A stretch of 64,000 nucleotides of DNA from Phoronis australis (GCA_002633005.1 NMRA01000174.1:62001-126000), one strand, 5' to 3'. Shown: positions 1 to 12,281, counted from the first letter of the stretch. Program-made: numbers and translations. The notes: a model not told the origin generated them from the sequence alone.

Positions 1-99
1 TTCTACTTAAGTTACAAAGAAGAATGTTCATTAAGACCATCAGTGACTCAAGAAACTGCTTCAAAGTTAACTGGAATTGACCATCCTCAAGGACATACC

Positions 100-2021
100 T
101 TAGCAGTCGCTCAGTCGGCCAAGGCAACTAAATGTCGAACCAGGTGCCAAAATTTCGCCTAGGTGACGACCTAGCTTCATAATGAGCAATAATTAGTTTC
201 TAAACATTCATGAAATGAGATTGACATTTAGAAGTGAAGTAACTCAAAGTTCTGCGCGATCGAGTATTATAATTGCGATAAACATGTTTAATGTCTTTTC
301 GACAGATGGAGCGCCGTGGGAATACCGCAACCATATTTGGGCAAAGCCAGTATTTCCTGTTTATGTCTAACAACATCCTGGCAATTTCAAAGTCAATTTT
401 AGATTTAAACGCATTTTCTGACAATTACCATATAATGCAGCCTCATGAACAGAAATAACAAATACATTTGCATCGAGGCCAATTAAAACACATCAGGGTC
501 AATCAAAAACATCTCACTGCTTTTCAGAGCTTGAGAGACAAAGTTGACAAAGCGTTTTGTAGCCAGTGTTTCAGACCCTCGGAAGGGCGAACACTACAAA
601 CAAACAGAACGCAAATATCACGAGCATTATGAAGAAAACACAAGAAGCCCGTTCAATCATTTCAAAACGCTTGGACAGTGAACAGGTCGTGGGCTAACCG
701 ACAAGGAACACAGCAAGAAATGCACTAATTTTTCATTAAAAATAATTTTAGACCTGCACGCCATATCATAGCAGTCCAAAAATATGAGACAGCAGAGACA
801 CTACGAAAGTTTTTTTCTGTCACAGTCTACACGACAATGATCTGTTAGTGTGTTCAAAAAAATCTTTCCACTGAAATTGCAATTTCATTAGTTCACTGAC
901 ATGGAGTCTGACCTTTTAGTAAGCCTACGTACATAGATCGATGGTCATACCTAAAACAACGAACAACCGTACTTCGATGTCTGGTGTCCAGAAAGAGTGG
1001 CCTTGACAAAAGCGATAAGTTTTAGCTTTTCCATAGACTTGGAGACGTGGAACTTATTGGTTTGAATTTTCAGTCATTTCCCAGCCTAATCATCTGGCTT
1101 GATGTCAATACGTTGACAGCGAGTTTTAAATTAATTTGACGTTTTCTTGGTAAGAGGTGGTGTGTAGATGGAGATTTTGGTATCACTAGAAAGAGCAGAA
1201 AATGTTTTTATCATTTCATTTATTTTTGGTAAAATTCTATTGCAGGAAACTGAAATATTTGACTGAAAGCGTGACCATCTTTCATTTTTATGAGTGCGGC
1301 CACGGTGGGCTTACCTCGAGTTAAGTACGACACCAAGACTGGCATTTGTGCTGCTTCCATTCTTTGGAAATGATTTTGGTATTTTTTTGTCAAGATTAAG
1401 GACATATCTATACACTTCATTGATTTCATTAGAATTCTATTGTTTTTCCTTAAAAGGATTATTGTATCTTGATGATTGACTGACATCACGATGGCGAATC
1501 AGGATTGAAGCCGGATGCAGGATATGCACGGCACATTTTATGTATTTTGTACTACGGTACTACCACTTTAAACTACTTTACAACCATTTTGTACCACGGT
1601 AATACCATTTTTGAAAATGAAGAATTTTGCAGTATTGGCAAGACCAGATTAGTATATCATGAATTCAACAACCTTTGTTTACATTGATACGTTTCTACAA
1701 GAAAATTAAATTTTTTGAAAGAATGACTCTGTTCATCGCATGGTTCCTGTAAACTTACTTTTATGTTTTACATTTCCTTTTACAAATCCTCTTTTCTTTA
1801 TGTTTGTTGGAAATTACATACTTTTTAAATACAAACATTGATTGAGGTATGTACTTACATTTAAGGTCCCATTCCACCTGTTCATTATGTTGGGCGTTCA
1901 TGTGATTGTCGCAAATGTCCTTTGAAAAATCTAGGACCCTAATTTTTAGTCTGGGCTTCTAAGATTTGAAAGCTAGTGGCCCAGTTGGCGACTAGGCAGA
2001 TTTAGTTAAGTTATTTCCCTG
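100..2021. mobile_element. Possible degraded hAT-like DNA transposon remnant
   Basis: Right end ...TTAAGTTATTTCCCTG (CAGGG-type terminus) with gcgact subterminal motifs; similar agtcg motifs near 100-170; interior is stop-riddled. Left terminus not seen. Confidence 0.3.
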
Positions 2022-2221
2022 AATCTAAAAACTACAAATTCAGAGTTGAATTCGAAAATGGCGCATGTACGCATTGCCTGTGAAACTTGAGTTAGTAACA
2101 GAAATGGAATCCTATCAGAGTGAGGAATATTATGATCACCAACCATTGTGAGAGTAAAATACACAAGAATTTGATTTTCGTTTTTAGCCAGGCGAAAAAC
2201 AGCTTTAAAACATAAAGTTAC

Positions 2222-2294
2222 CTGTGCCATAGACTTGAATGCCTGAGTGGAAGACACCAATGCCCAGTTTGTCTGTATATTCGTTGATCCAGTA
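2222..2294 (-). CDS. DESI2: DESI2 (PPPDE peptidase) coding exon 2
   Basis: ttacag|...|gtaact, 73 nt, [24 protein letters not shown](E); closely matches the DESI2 motif [23 protein letters not shown] including the catalytic His. No further exon found in 1-2221. Confidence 0.93.
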
Positions 2295-2668
2295 CTGTAA
2301 AGGAAAACAGAGGAGTATGTACATATTGAAATAAGCGTTGATATGCACCCACCGTGTGCATCGGATATACCACAGATAAAAGAAATGATTACGATTTTTT
2401 AAACCTTCCCACTGCAATGTTAGTAAACTTATATCGCTGATGCCGCAAAATATCACAGGCACGTACCAATAGTTAACTCTGTCATGTAGAGACAGCGCAC
2501 CCCCGTAATGTCCGACAGCATCGGTACAAAAAACGGAAACCAGCAAGTCGGTGAACTGTCATATATGGAATACAAGTATACTAATAAAGAACAGGATGTC
2601 AACAATTGCTAATAGTTAACTCTGACACGCAGAGACAAAGCAATGAGAATGGATGTAAATGTGAATCC

Positions 2669-3688
2669 ACAAGAGTGACGAAAGCACGCCTTAACAGCAT
2701 CAGAATTCACCCACTAATGACCCATCGATCTGCACGAGCATCTCATGTAATCTCGAAGCGAAGTCAGCAGTGAGTTAGAACTTAAAATAGCCTCTACGGG
2801 ATACATAGCAAGTCACCAATGCTCTCCTCAATAAAAACACACTTGCCAAGCCCGTAAAGAATTAAAACTGGTACTGGGGACACAGTGGTAGTCAGATATG
2901 TCCAAACGTCGTCATCTGTTGTCACGTTCATAGAAATACACTTGCCAAATTTCCCAAAGATCAGGGGAAAACAGCTGTGTTTGCAAAAAAAGCAAACTGC
3001 CACTAGGGGGTACCACAGTAGTCAAACTGTCCAAAAATCATTAACAATGCTCTTCCCACTAACAACACATTTACCAATTTTCATTACGATTCTTAGGGTG
3101 CTTTGGCCGATAGGGAGATGGACGCCAAAAACAGACTAAAACATAAAAAATGGCCACTAGGAGGCGTACCTTATGCCAAATCCATCCGAAAATTAAAATG
3201 TGTCACCACTCCTATTTCCATTAGGAACATATCTGTAAAATTTCATAACCACCCTTACATTGGTTTGGCCTATAGAAGGTCAGACGACAAAAACCAGACT
3301 CGAAAACTGTAAAAATGAACACTAAGGTGGGTAAAATAAGTCGAATCCATCGAAAATGTGAAGGTGGCGTAATCTTCCTAATAGATACTTATTTGCCAAA
3401 TTTCATGAAAATCTGTTGAGAAACACCAAAGATATAGAGGCAAACTTAAAAAAATAAAATTGTCAATTGGGGGCACACCGCTAGTCAAGATTCGTCATGC
3501 CATTTCATTCATGAGAGGAACATATCTTCCAAGATTTCATGAACATACATCAAGGGCTTTTGGAGATACAGCAGCGGACAGCGGACGAACAGCGGACAGA
3601 CGGCGGATGGACGGCAGACGGGCACATGCCAGACAGACAGAGATGACAGCATAATGTACCAACATATAAATATGTGGGTGCATAAAAA
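2669..3688 (+). mobile_element. Helentron-associated (HINE/DINE-like) non-autonomous element
   Basis: Starts ACAAGAG, has degenerate ~150-170 bp internal units (CCACTAGG cores), a GGAC/AGAC microsatellite at ~3575-3640 and a 3' hairpin-like end GGGTGCATAAAAA; related copy at 40990-41405. Confidence 0.6.
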
Positions 3689-5903
3689 TCCTTGTGGTTT
3701 AAATATGCCAAGGACTCCAGACTCAATTACTAGTGATCTTGAAACCTACCAAGTCCCAGAGAGTGTTAAAATGGGATTAGTGTTGTACCCCTGGATTTTG
3801 AAATCCCAGAAATATTACAGGAAAAAAATACATGGGAGTAATATGGTAATACCACAAATGGTGGGGTCCCCAAAGGATTCATGAATACCAGAAAGTTATG
3901 TCACCCCTATTGGCAGACACTAACACTACAAAGTCAGTGCAGTACACTGTATGCGCATGCACCAGTTGTTTTATGATACAGACAACTACTGGAATTTGAA
4001 CTGAATCTACAAACTACGAAGGTCGTGAACGTTTTTTTCCGGTATAATCCAGAGAAATTAGGTGGAACTCAGAACTCCGGCAAATTCGTGTCCTGATGCA
4101 AAATTTTTTCCAAGTAAAAATTTGCTTCAAAAGTACAAAGGGTTATTTCACATGGGAACTGCACTAAAATCACAGTCCAACTAATTTAAATCAATGACTG
4201 TAACATTAAGTACACTTTCATTGGAAAAAGATGACTGTTACATCCTGTGACAAAGCAATGGTGTGAGAAAAGGTAAATACAAAAACAAGCACAGGAAAAT
4301 CTCATCAATCACATTATGGCAAACAGGTGAAATTTTATTATCTCATTTTGTCATAAACGACACACAGTACCAGAATGATGCTTTGCAGGTTCTGCATCAT
4401 AGCAACAGAAAATAGTGAAAAATTGTCGGCATCCACGACAATGCAAGAAGGCCTTGAAGAAGGAAAAAATGCAATTTTGGAAATTAGTTTTGTCTAACAT
4501 TGGTGATATTTTATAATAAATGAAGTGTGAAATGGCAGTCATTTACCCTATACTAAAGCATCAATCACAGAACATAGTCAAAATGTAATGACTTGCTCAT
4601 AAATACAGTCAGAATATGAGCAGAACAGTTTGAAACGGGTAACAAATTTTAATACGCTGTACTTAAGCTAAGAAAGTTGTCACTGCCACAGCAATGCAAA
4701 GCACAAAACAGTGCCATCTTTTAAAACCAGTGTTAGAGTTCATGTTACGGCGTGGAACTCTTTGTTTTGTTTTGTTTTTCATATGACAAGGATAAAAGAA
4801 TGGACTAGAGTTCACTATTGGCTTTTACAGAAAGATTCGCAGTTGCTAACTTTGAATATTTTACAGTTTGAATTTTGTGATTTGCTCGACCTTATTAGTA
4901 CGGTGTGGGTCATTAATATGAAGTACCACATAGTACACAATTTACTCATAAGTAAAAATTCAAGGATAGGCACATAAACAATTATGACATTATGGTACTT
5001 TAATTCAAATGTTGCCAAAGAATAACAATGCTGTATTTTTGAAACTCTAATGTCAATCATTCCATTGAAGATCAATATTGTGTCATACTCACAACCTTGA
5101 AGGTGCAGAAATAATAAAAATAAAGCAAGCAATAAACACTTACAGTAATATGAAAAAATTCAACTTTCTGGGAATTAAGAAAATTTCAATATGAATTTGT
5201 TCAGAGGTAAAATTACCAAACAGATATCTATTTTATAAAATGCCCAGCATTCAAAACAAACCAAACCTCATTCTTTCATTATCTTGGCAACTTGGAATGT
5301 GAGAAATGTTGATCAGTCAGCATACCTTAAAACAAACACTTGGAGTATAGAAGGAAAAAGTGTGATTGTTAACAAGTAAAACACTTGATATAAGAGCCAT
5401 TTCAAAGCATCAGTGCTTACTCATAACATTAGCAAACCTTAGTTATACAAATACGACTACAGAATTACTTAAAAACATTTTCTTTCAGTTTATGCCTGCA
5501 TTTTGAGGTCAAACAATTATTCTCTCAGCCCTTGATGGATTAACATAATATTCAACATTCAAGTATTTACATTCAAGGCTGAAAGCTATAGTGATGAATA
5601 CAAGCAAACAAAATAGCAACTCATCAGATCAGCTAAGAAACTTTTCTTCTTTGATTTTTTTGAAATTGCAACTGACAGTTTGAACATTTTGACACAAACT
5701 TTATTTACTGATTTGAATCTTTTAGAGAAACATGATTGAGCACTGACAGGTTGTTAAGCAAAAAGTCCTTGTTAATTAGTGTTAACAGCTTTGTATTCTG
5801 AAAAAAATATGACACTCAGTGAAACAGCACTTGTGCTAATGTTTCACTGTTACAACCCACTGACTTTTAAATAAAGATTATTACTACTAGCAACCCAACT
5901 CAC

Positions 5904-5942
5904 CATATCATAAACGTTGACAATCACTGGTTCTGAAGCCAT
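5904..5942 (-). CDS. DESI2: DESI2 coding exon 1 (start codon)
   Basis: MASEPVIVNVYDM|gtgagt; the V-x-x-N-V-Y-D-M N-terminus is typical of DESI2; phase-0 join to exon 2. Confidence 0.92.
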
Positions 5943-6753
5943 TCTGGAAAGGCACTCAGGATGTTCACCAAACAGGTAGGTAACCTTTACGAAATAAAAC
6001 GTCCAGGAAATTAAACTATTGTCGCTTTTATGATAAACTTAATACTTTCCGATCCGGGCCCGCAGTTGCTGATGAACACAAAGTCAGCACGCACACGCTG
6101 CCTCTGGACAGTAGCCAACACACTGGACACTGGACAGTTGCTCACTGAGTCGGACGATAAAATTTAACATAACAAAGGTCTTTCAAAAGAAGAAACTCGT
6201 TCATTGTAGCCTAATTAAGTTTAAATTGACAGCCGAGATACAAACCAATACTAGAATCGAGTTTCAATCGAACATACTATCGAATGGTGGAAATATAAAA
6301 TTAAAACATGACAAACGGTGACCGAAGAAAATATCCCTGTTGTGTTGAACGTCAGCATACTTCCTCCCTTTCTTTGATGACGTATATGGCAACTTTTGCT
6401 ATGTCATTTCGCGGCAAATTTCCATTCAAAATTGCCTGGGAAAATAGTAGGAAATATTAAGATATCGCAAATTTTCTCAGTTACATTTTATTAAAATATT
6501 GCAAGTCTTCTCAGTTGCCTTTTGTTGCTTTTTGTCAGAGTCTGGTTAGTTGTTTTAATGGAGCTATTAGACTATCTTAGAGTCTTGTATCAAAACGAGA
6601 ACTCAGCCAACTGTCAGTGTCAGCTGAGGTAGGTAAGTGGGTCAGCGGGGTCGCCAGGGTCAACGACAACTGATCAACAACTCAGCCAGAAAACTAAAAG
6701 CTGTTGATTTTTTACATTAATTTCCGTCGAGTCCCGAGATCGAACACGTCAAT
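5943..6753. promoter_or_regulatory. Putative bidirectional promoter and 5'UTR region between DESI2 and BCKDHA-like
   Basis: The two start codons point away from each other 811 bp apart; ETS-like ACTTCC (~6359), CRE-like TGACGTA (~6378) and E2F-like TTTCGCGG (~6407) motifs by eye. Confidence 0.55.
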
Positions 6754-6828
6754 ATGAGCTCACTGTTTCTTCCTGCCGTAGTAAGCAAAGTGTGCAGTAC
6801 TTTGAAACCTTTTAAAAACGTTTTCAAG
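6754..6828 (+). CDS. BCKDHA: BCKDHA-like exon 1 (putative mitochondrial transit peptide)
   Basis: MSSLFLPAVVSKVCSTLKPFKNVFK|gtaaga; basic and hydroxylated residues, no acidic residues; phase 0 matches exon 2. Confidence 0.75.
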
Positions 6829-7114
6829 GTAAGACTTTCCACCGACACCTAACACTCCTAACAGACAGTCGTAACACTTTGTCAAAATGTCCACCAAGGT
6901 TCAAGGTCAAAACGTTTATTGCATGGTATACACATGGAATGCATAACAGAGTCTTGATAATACATCTTGCGACGAGTAGGAGGAGCCTGGAAGTGAAAGT
7001 TCCAAACATGTCTCCCCCTTCTAACTAAGCAGAATATCAGTGTTCTTTGCAAATAACTAATAACAGCGTTCATAACAAGTGTACTAGTGTTGATGCTGGG
7101 ACTAATAATACCAG

Positions 7115-7520
7115 GGCCCGGTCTCTAATCTTTGTACTCGAAACGAACTCGAAACTATTTTTGGCAATTTCTCTGATCCTTTTGTGCGAACTTAAGATAA
7201 TTGGTTATTAGACTGTGCTCGAATACATTACAGTTCATGCATAGGAGTTTCTAGTTCAAGGTTGCCCTTGAAGACCCTTATATTCGTGCTACAAACTCGA
7301 GTAAAAACTCGAAATTTCGAGTTCAAACTCGAACCTATTGCTTTAATATTGGGTTTACAAACTGTGAACTAAGGGCAATAAATTATCTAAGTAAGTTATT
7401 GTGTACTCGAGCATAGAATAATAGACACTTATCTTGAGTTCGCCCCGGCCAAAAGTAGAGTAGAAAATGCCAAACCTAATTTCGAGTTCCATTTCGAGTA
7501 AAAAGATTGGAGACCGGGCC
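7115..7520. mobile_element. PIF/Harbinger-type MITE
   Basis: ~40-bp TIRs starting GGCCCGGTCTC, flanked by a CAG duplication (7112-7114 and 7521-7523). Confidence 0.8.
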
Positions 7521-8068
7521 CAGATGTATATTAATACAGTTTCAAACTAATAAGTATATTTTATACTAACACTGTAACTGCGATTCTAATTAATATATAC
7601 TCCATAGCTTTTGCTTTATTTAAATAAACCAACAGCTAAGGGATGGTAAAATGCTAAACTGAATTTCCGTTGAAAAGGAAATAAGTTGGAGCTACATTTT
7701 CTCACTCAGATGGTGGAATGATTTGCAGGTGTACGGGCAAAATGCTGAACATGAAAGGTGAAGAGAGGCAGATCAAGTTACTGTTTCTATTATCTTGAGA
7801 TATACTGTAAATTATGTGGAAGCTAAAATGTTAAAAGCTTAGCATAATCTGACCTGTCAATCATGAATTAGGTAAAGATGGTTATATATTTACCACAATT
7901 AAAGAAGTAGGACTAAAATTAGCCTAAATGGATGTGTCATGTTTAGGTTCTCTGGTTCGTATTGGGTTTTAATTAGGAAAAATTGTGAAAAATGGGGCAG
8001 ATTTTACTTGGACTTGAGACTTAGTCATTGAAGCTACGAAAACAGCGCCATGTAAGTTCAATGGTTAA

Positions 8069-8916
8069 AGGAGAATGCCACCACCAAAAAAACAATGTAC
8101 TTTGTATCAATTTAGATCGAATAGTTCCACTCGATAACAGCAAGTTCAGTTTTTTTACCTTACAGCAGACAGAAGTGCTGAAGTTAACTAATGACGTGAC
8201 AAGTTCTAACACAGTCTGCTCAGCACTGAGTTCACGAGATGCTTCCTTGAGTCAGCTTTTTTTTCATCATTTTACACCAATAAATCATCAACATTCGATG
8301 TAAATCCTTACAAATAAATACACTGAGTTTTTAAACAAATGAGTCATTTTATTTCGCTGTTAGAGATTTATAGAAATTTTGAACGTACCGTAGGTTACAA
8401 AATTCGCCAGGGTAGGCCAACTTACCGAGGCCGGTCGCGGAAGTTTGGAGTCTTTTCGGTGATAAATTAGAATTATTCTAATTATACAGGCACTGAAGAG
8501 AGCATAGGCGTGTGTTATAATTTTAGACTTGCGAATTTCACCTGTTTTAAACACAAAACGCTCGTAATTACCCAGTGGCTCAGAACACGATAGGTCCATC
8601 ACGGCCGGACTGGAGACATTACGAATGCAAACCAACCGGGTTAGTCAGCTGTGAAAGTTAAAAACTTAACTTCCAGTCATGAAAAGACGACTAGTGAACC
8701 AAAGAAATAATGTGTATGTGAATATTTTGGTGAATTTGTCGCGAAATTGCAAAGCTACTTACTTGTCGGGGGCTGTGAAGCCAAGTTCCCCTTCCACAGA
8801 ACCATACATCAAAAAGGTGTACAATAACAAGGGTTTGAATAATATATACGAGGTGATGTGGATGTGGACAAATTAAGACGGTAACAAAAATTAATTAAAT
8901 CGGGTGGCATTCCCCT
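8069..8916. mobile_element. Kolobok-like non-autonomous element
   Basis: TTAA|AGGAGAATGCCACC...GGTGGCATTCCCCT|TTAA. Confidence 0.7.
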
Positions 8917-9110
8917 TTAATAGTTTCAGCCTGTAGTTATGTCTATTTCAACTCTTCATGCCAAAATCTAAACAATAGGGACCAGTAATATTTTGTATCT
9001 CGGAGCAACCATAATTTAACATGACCTTTAAACAGAGTTCAACATTTTATTGCAATTTGAAGTCGCATTTTATGCTTGCTGATGAATAATACATTGAGCT
9101 CTACTTTCAG

Positions 9111-9305
9111 CTATTCTGCACAAGTTCCATGCGACTAGATTCTGCCCCAATAAACTTCAAAGAAAAACCTCACTTTCCAGGAAGTCCACGATCAGACTGG
9201 ACCACAGAGCTTGTCGTCCGCATGCCAGAAGAATATCCTGGTATTCCTGTCTTCCGATTGATGGGACAAGATGGTGTTGTTCAGGATATGTCAGCGATTG
9301 AACAT
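9111..9305 (+). CDS. BCKDHA: BCKDHA-like exon 2
   Basis: tttcag|LFCTSSMRLD...EKPHFPGS...YPGIPVFRLMGQDGVV...IEH|gtaggc; homologous to human DKPQFPGA...GIPIYRVMD. Confidence 0.9.
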
Positions 9306-9563
9306 GTAGGCCTACGAATTTTGTTAATTGATATTTGCGCATGGCTATTTTCCAAACAAATAAGTTGTTGCATATAGTTTCTTATTGTTGCTTATTGCTA
9401 ATATTGATCACATGTTCCTGTCTTCATCAGTTGAAATTTCTAAGATAAAAAAGCATCTCTGAGCACCTAGATTTGTTTGGTACGTGTATTGATCTTAATC
9501 TTTTTCACAGTAAAAGTCAAAATTAATAAGACAAAATTCCTCTTGCTTGCACTCCATCATGAT

Positions 9564-9785
9564 GGGTAATTTTGCTCGTACTCAGCTGTTGTGACAGAGA
9601 ATTCTGGGTAATTTTGCTCATACTCAGCTGTTGTGGCAGTGAATTCTGGGTAATTTTGCTCATACTCAGCTGTTGTGACAGAGAATTCTGGGTAATTTTG
9701 CTCGTACTCAGCTGTTGTGACAGAGAATTCTGGGTAATTTTGCTCATACTCAGCTGTTGTGACAGAGAATTCTGGGTAATTTTGT
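9564..9785. repeat. 42-bp minisatellite, 5.3 units (1.3 more units at 9950-10003)
   Basis: Unit GGGTAATTTTGCTCATACTCAGCTGTTGTGACAGAGAATTCT. Confidence 0.95.
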
Positions 9786-10035
9786 NATATTGATCACATG
9801 TTCCTGTCTTCATCAGTTGAAATTTCTAAGATAAAAAAGCATCTCTGAGCACCTTGATTTGTTTGGTACGTGTATTGATGTTAATCTTTTTCACAGTAAA
9901 AGTCGAAACTAATAAGACAAAATTCCTCTTGCTTGCACTCCATCATGATGGGTAATTTTGCTCATACTCAGCTGTTGTGACAGAGAATTCTGGGTAATTT
10001 TGTCTTACCATTGTTGGTGTTTACTGTATCGTTAG

Positions 10036-10231
10036 ATTGAACAAGATGAAATTCTAAAGTGGTATCGTACCATGGTACTCCTCGACGTGTACGACAAAAT
10101 CTTGAACGAATCTCAGAGGCAAGGCCGTATTTCATTTTATATGACATCCTATGGGGAAGAGGCTGCCTGTATTGGAACTGCTGCGGGATTACATCCTGAT
10201 GATCTTGTCTTTGGCCAGTATCGAGAAACAG
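10036..10231 (+). CDS. BCKDHA: BCKDHA-like exon 3
   Basis: gttag|[65 protein letters not shown](G)|gt. Confidence 0.95.
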
Positions 10232-11160
10232 GTGTCTAGTACTTGTTGTTCTTAAGCAAAACAGAAAAAATCTACAGTTTGGAACAGTGACAAATATTTT
10301 GATCAAGTTGAGAACTTGTACCAGAGTTTAGAAATAGATAATGTTGGCCATCCCTAACTCAAGGAATTAGGAAATGACGAGAAGTAATTCGTCTCAAAAT
10401 TGCAAACTATGGGACACATAGAAACGCTGATTTCATGAATTGCCAAACATGTTTTCAGAATGTTGATTCTTCAAGACACAGTGTCTAATATTTAAGAAGT
10501 ATGCCCATGTCCCAGTATTCAGAATGGAGATAATTCAACTTCTGCTTGAATTTCAGTGTGTAACTTTTTGAGAGTGTCTGTGGCCAAACTGGAGAATTTT
10601 TACTGTAATACTGTCCTCCCATTTACCAAAATCAGGATGTGACGGGCAGTTTGTGTAATGGAATCAGCCATTCCAGGAAAGTCTAATTCAGTGGTCTGCG
10701 ATGAATGTTGACCTTTCATCTTGTCATGTGCTCATCTTGATGTGGTTTTACTGTCATGGAAATCACATTTTAAATTTTTAGAATCCCTCATCACTACCAT
10801 ATGCCTGTATTTTGGACCACCTTTGCACCTGTATTTGAAGCTGCGCTTATATCGTTAATAGGTACATTCACCTGTACACGAACCATTTGAGTAAAACCTT
10901 GCTTGAAAGTAATGCTTTGTATATAGGTACATAGTACTAAATGTGCACATACTGTAAATTAAGCAACTCCTGCAGTAAAATACAAATATTTTTTGACATA
11001 TTGCTATACATTGCTTAGTTATTCTGATGATGTTGCTTTGAATCATAATCGACACTCGCTTCCTGATAAACGTGTGGGTTCATTTTGTTCTTGGATTTCT
11101 GCCGTACATACGATGAAAGCCCTCATTTATCTTTAACTTAATTACTGTGGTATTTTCAAG

Positions 11161-11322
11161 GAGTTTTAATGTACCGTGGCTTTAGTGTGGACCAGTTTAT
11201 TAAACACGACTTAGGTGTGCTTGGTGACTACAGTAAAGGGCGCAACTTGCCACCTGAATACGGATCGAAGCAACTGAATTTTGTGACTGTATCAGCACCT
11301 TTGGCTGTACAGATGCCTCAAG
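11161..11322 (+). CDS. BCKDHA: BCKDHA-like exon 4
   Basis: ttcaag|GVLMYRGFSVDQFIKHDLGVLGDYSKGRNLPPEYGSKQLNFVTVSAPLAVQMPQ|gtttgt, 162 nt. Confidence 0.95.
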
Positions 11323-12136
11323 GTTTGTATGCAGGCTCAGTCACGCAGTCAAGTTTTAAAATAATTCTTCAAAAGGAAGAACTAGACCAGGTGGTGATTT
11401 GAAAAAAAAATATTACATTTCAAATTTGAAGGCATTCACAACAGTGCTAGAAAAAAACAAAATATTTGGCAAATATTTTTGTCCGAAATTGGTTAGATTT
11501 TATCGTAATGACATAACTGACAGTTCGACATCTCTGTATATTTAGCCAAATATCTACAAAACTATAGAATTTAACTAAAGTATACATTTTCTGAAAGTGG
11601 AATTTGATTTTTAACTTTAATTTAAACACTTTGTTGATAATTGACGCTTGTTACCATGTCTCTTTGGCAGAGGTAAATAGATAGCCAATCTATGGTATGC
11701 GGATTAACATAACCAAATTTGAGACAAGGTGAAAAAGATTCTGGTTGAAGCAGATATATTCAAAGTATCATGACCAAATTTGATTTGTTATATATATGTT
11801 CAAGCTGAAATCTCAAAAATTCTGTTACAGACTTCTACTGAAATCATTTCGTTTTTGTTTTATTAAAATTTTTATTTTTTCATCATGAAAATCATAAAAG
11901 TTCTATTTTGACAACCCCTCATACAAAAATGGAGCAGTTTAAAAATAATTCCAAACAGCATGTTTGAGAAAGTTGTATAAAAACATAATATCTGAAAGTT
12001 TCATGTGAATCTCATCAGCCGTTTCTGAGATACGACGTTCCAAAATTTGGCTTATTGCACCATTAAATGTTGTATTATCTAGCCCACATTATCACTGTCT
12101 GCTGGTGACCGACGTGTCGTATGATTTTATTGGCAG

Positions 12137-12281
12137 CTGCTGGAGCTGCGTATGCTTACAAGAGAGCGAACAAGAAGTTGTGCGTCGCTTGTTATTTCGG
12201 CGACGGTGCTGCATCAGAAGGGGACGCTCATGCGGCCTTCAACTTCGCCTCCACGCTAGACTGTCCTGTCATCTTTATCTG
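12137..12281 (+). CDS. BCKDHA: BCKDHA-like exon 5 (start of ThDP-binding GDG motif)
   Basis: ggcag|[48 protein letters not shown](C)|gttagt. Confidence 0.96.

Noticed and set aside
9523-9813. Repetitive ORFs (KITQNSLSQQLSMS)n and (CCDREFWVILL)n; superficially CRISPR-like array
   Set aside because: Translation of a head-to-tail 42-bp intronic minisatellite; no unique spacers, no cas genes, eukaryotic context.
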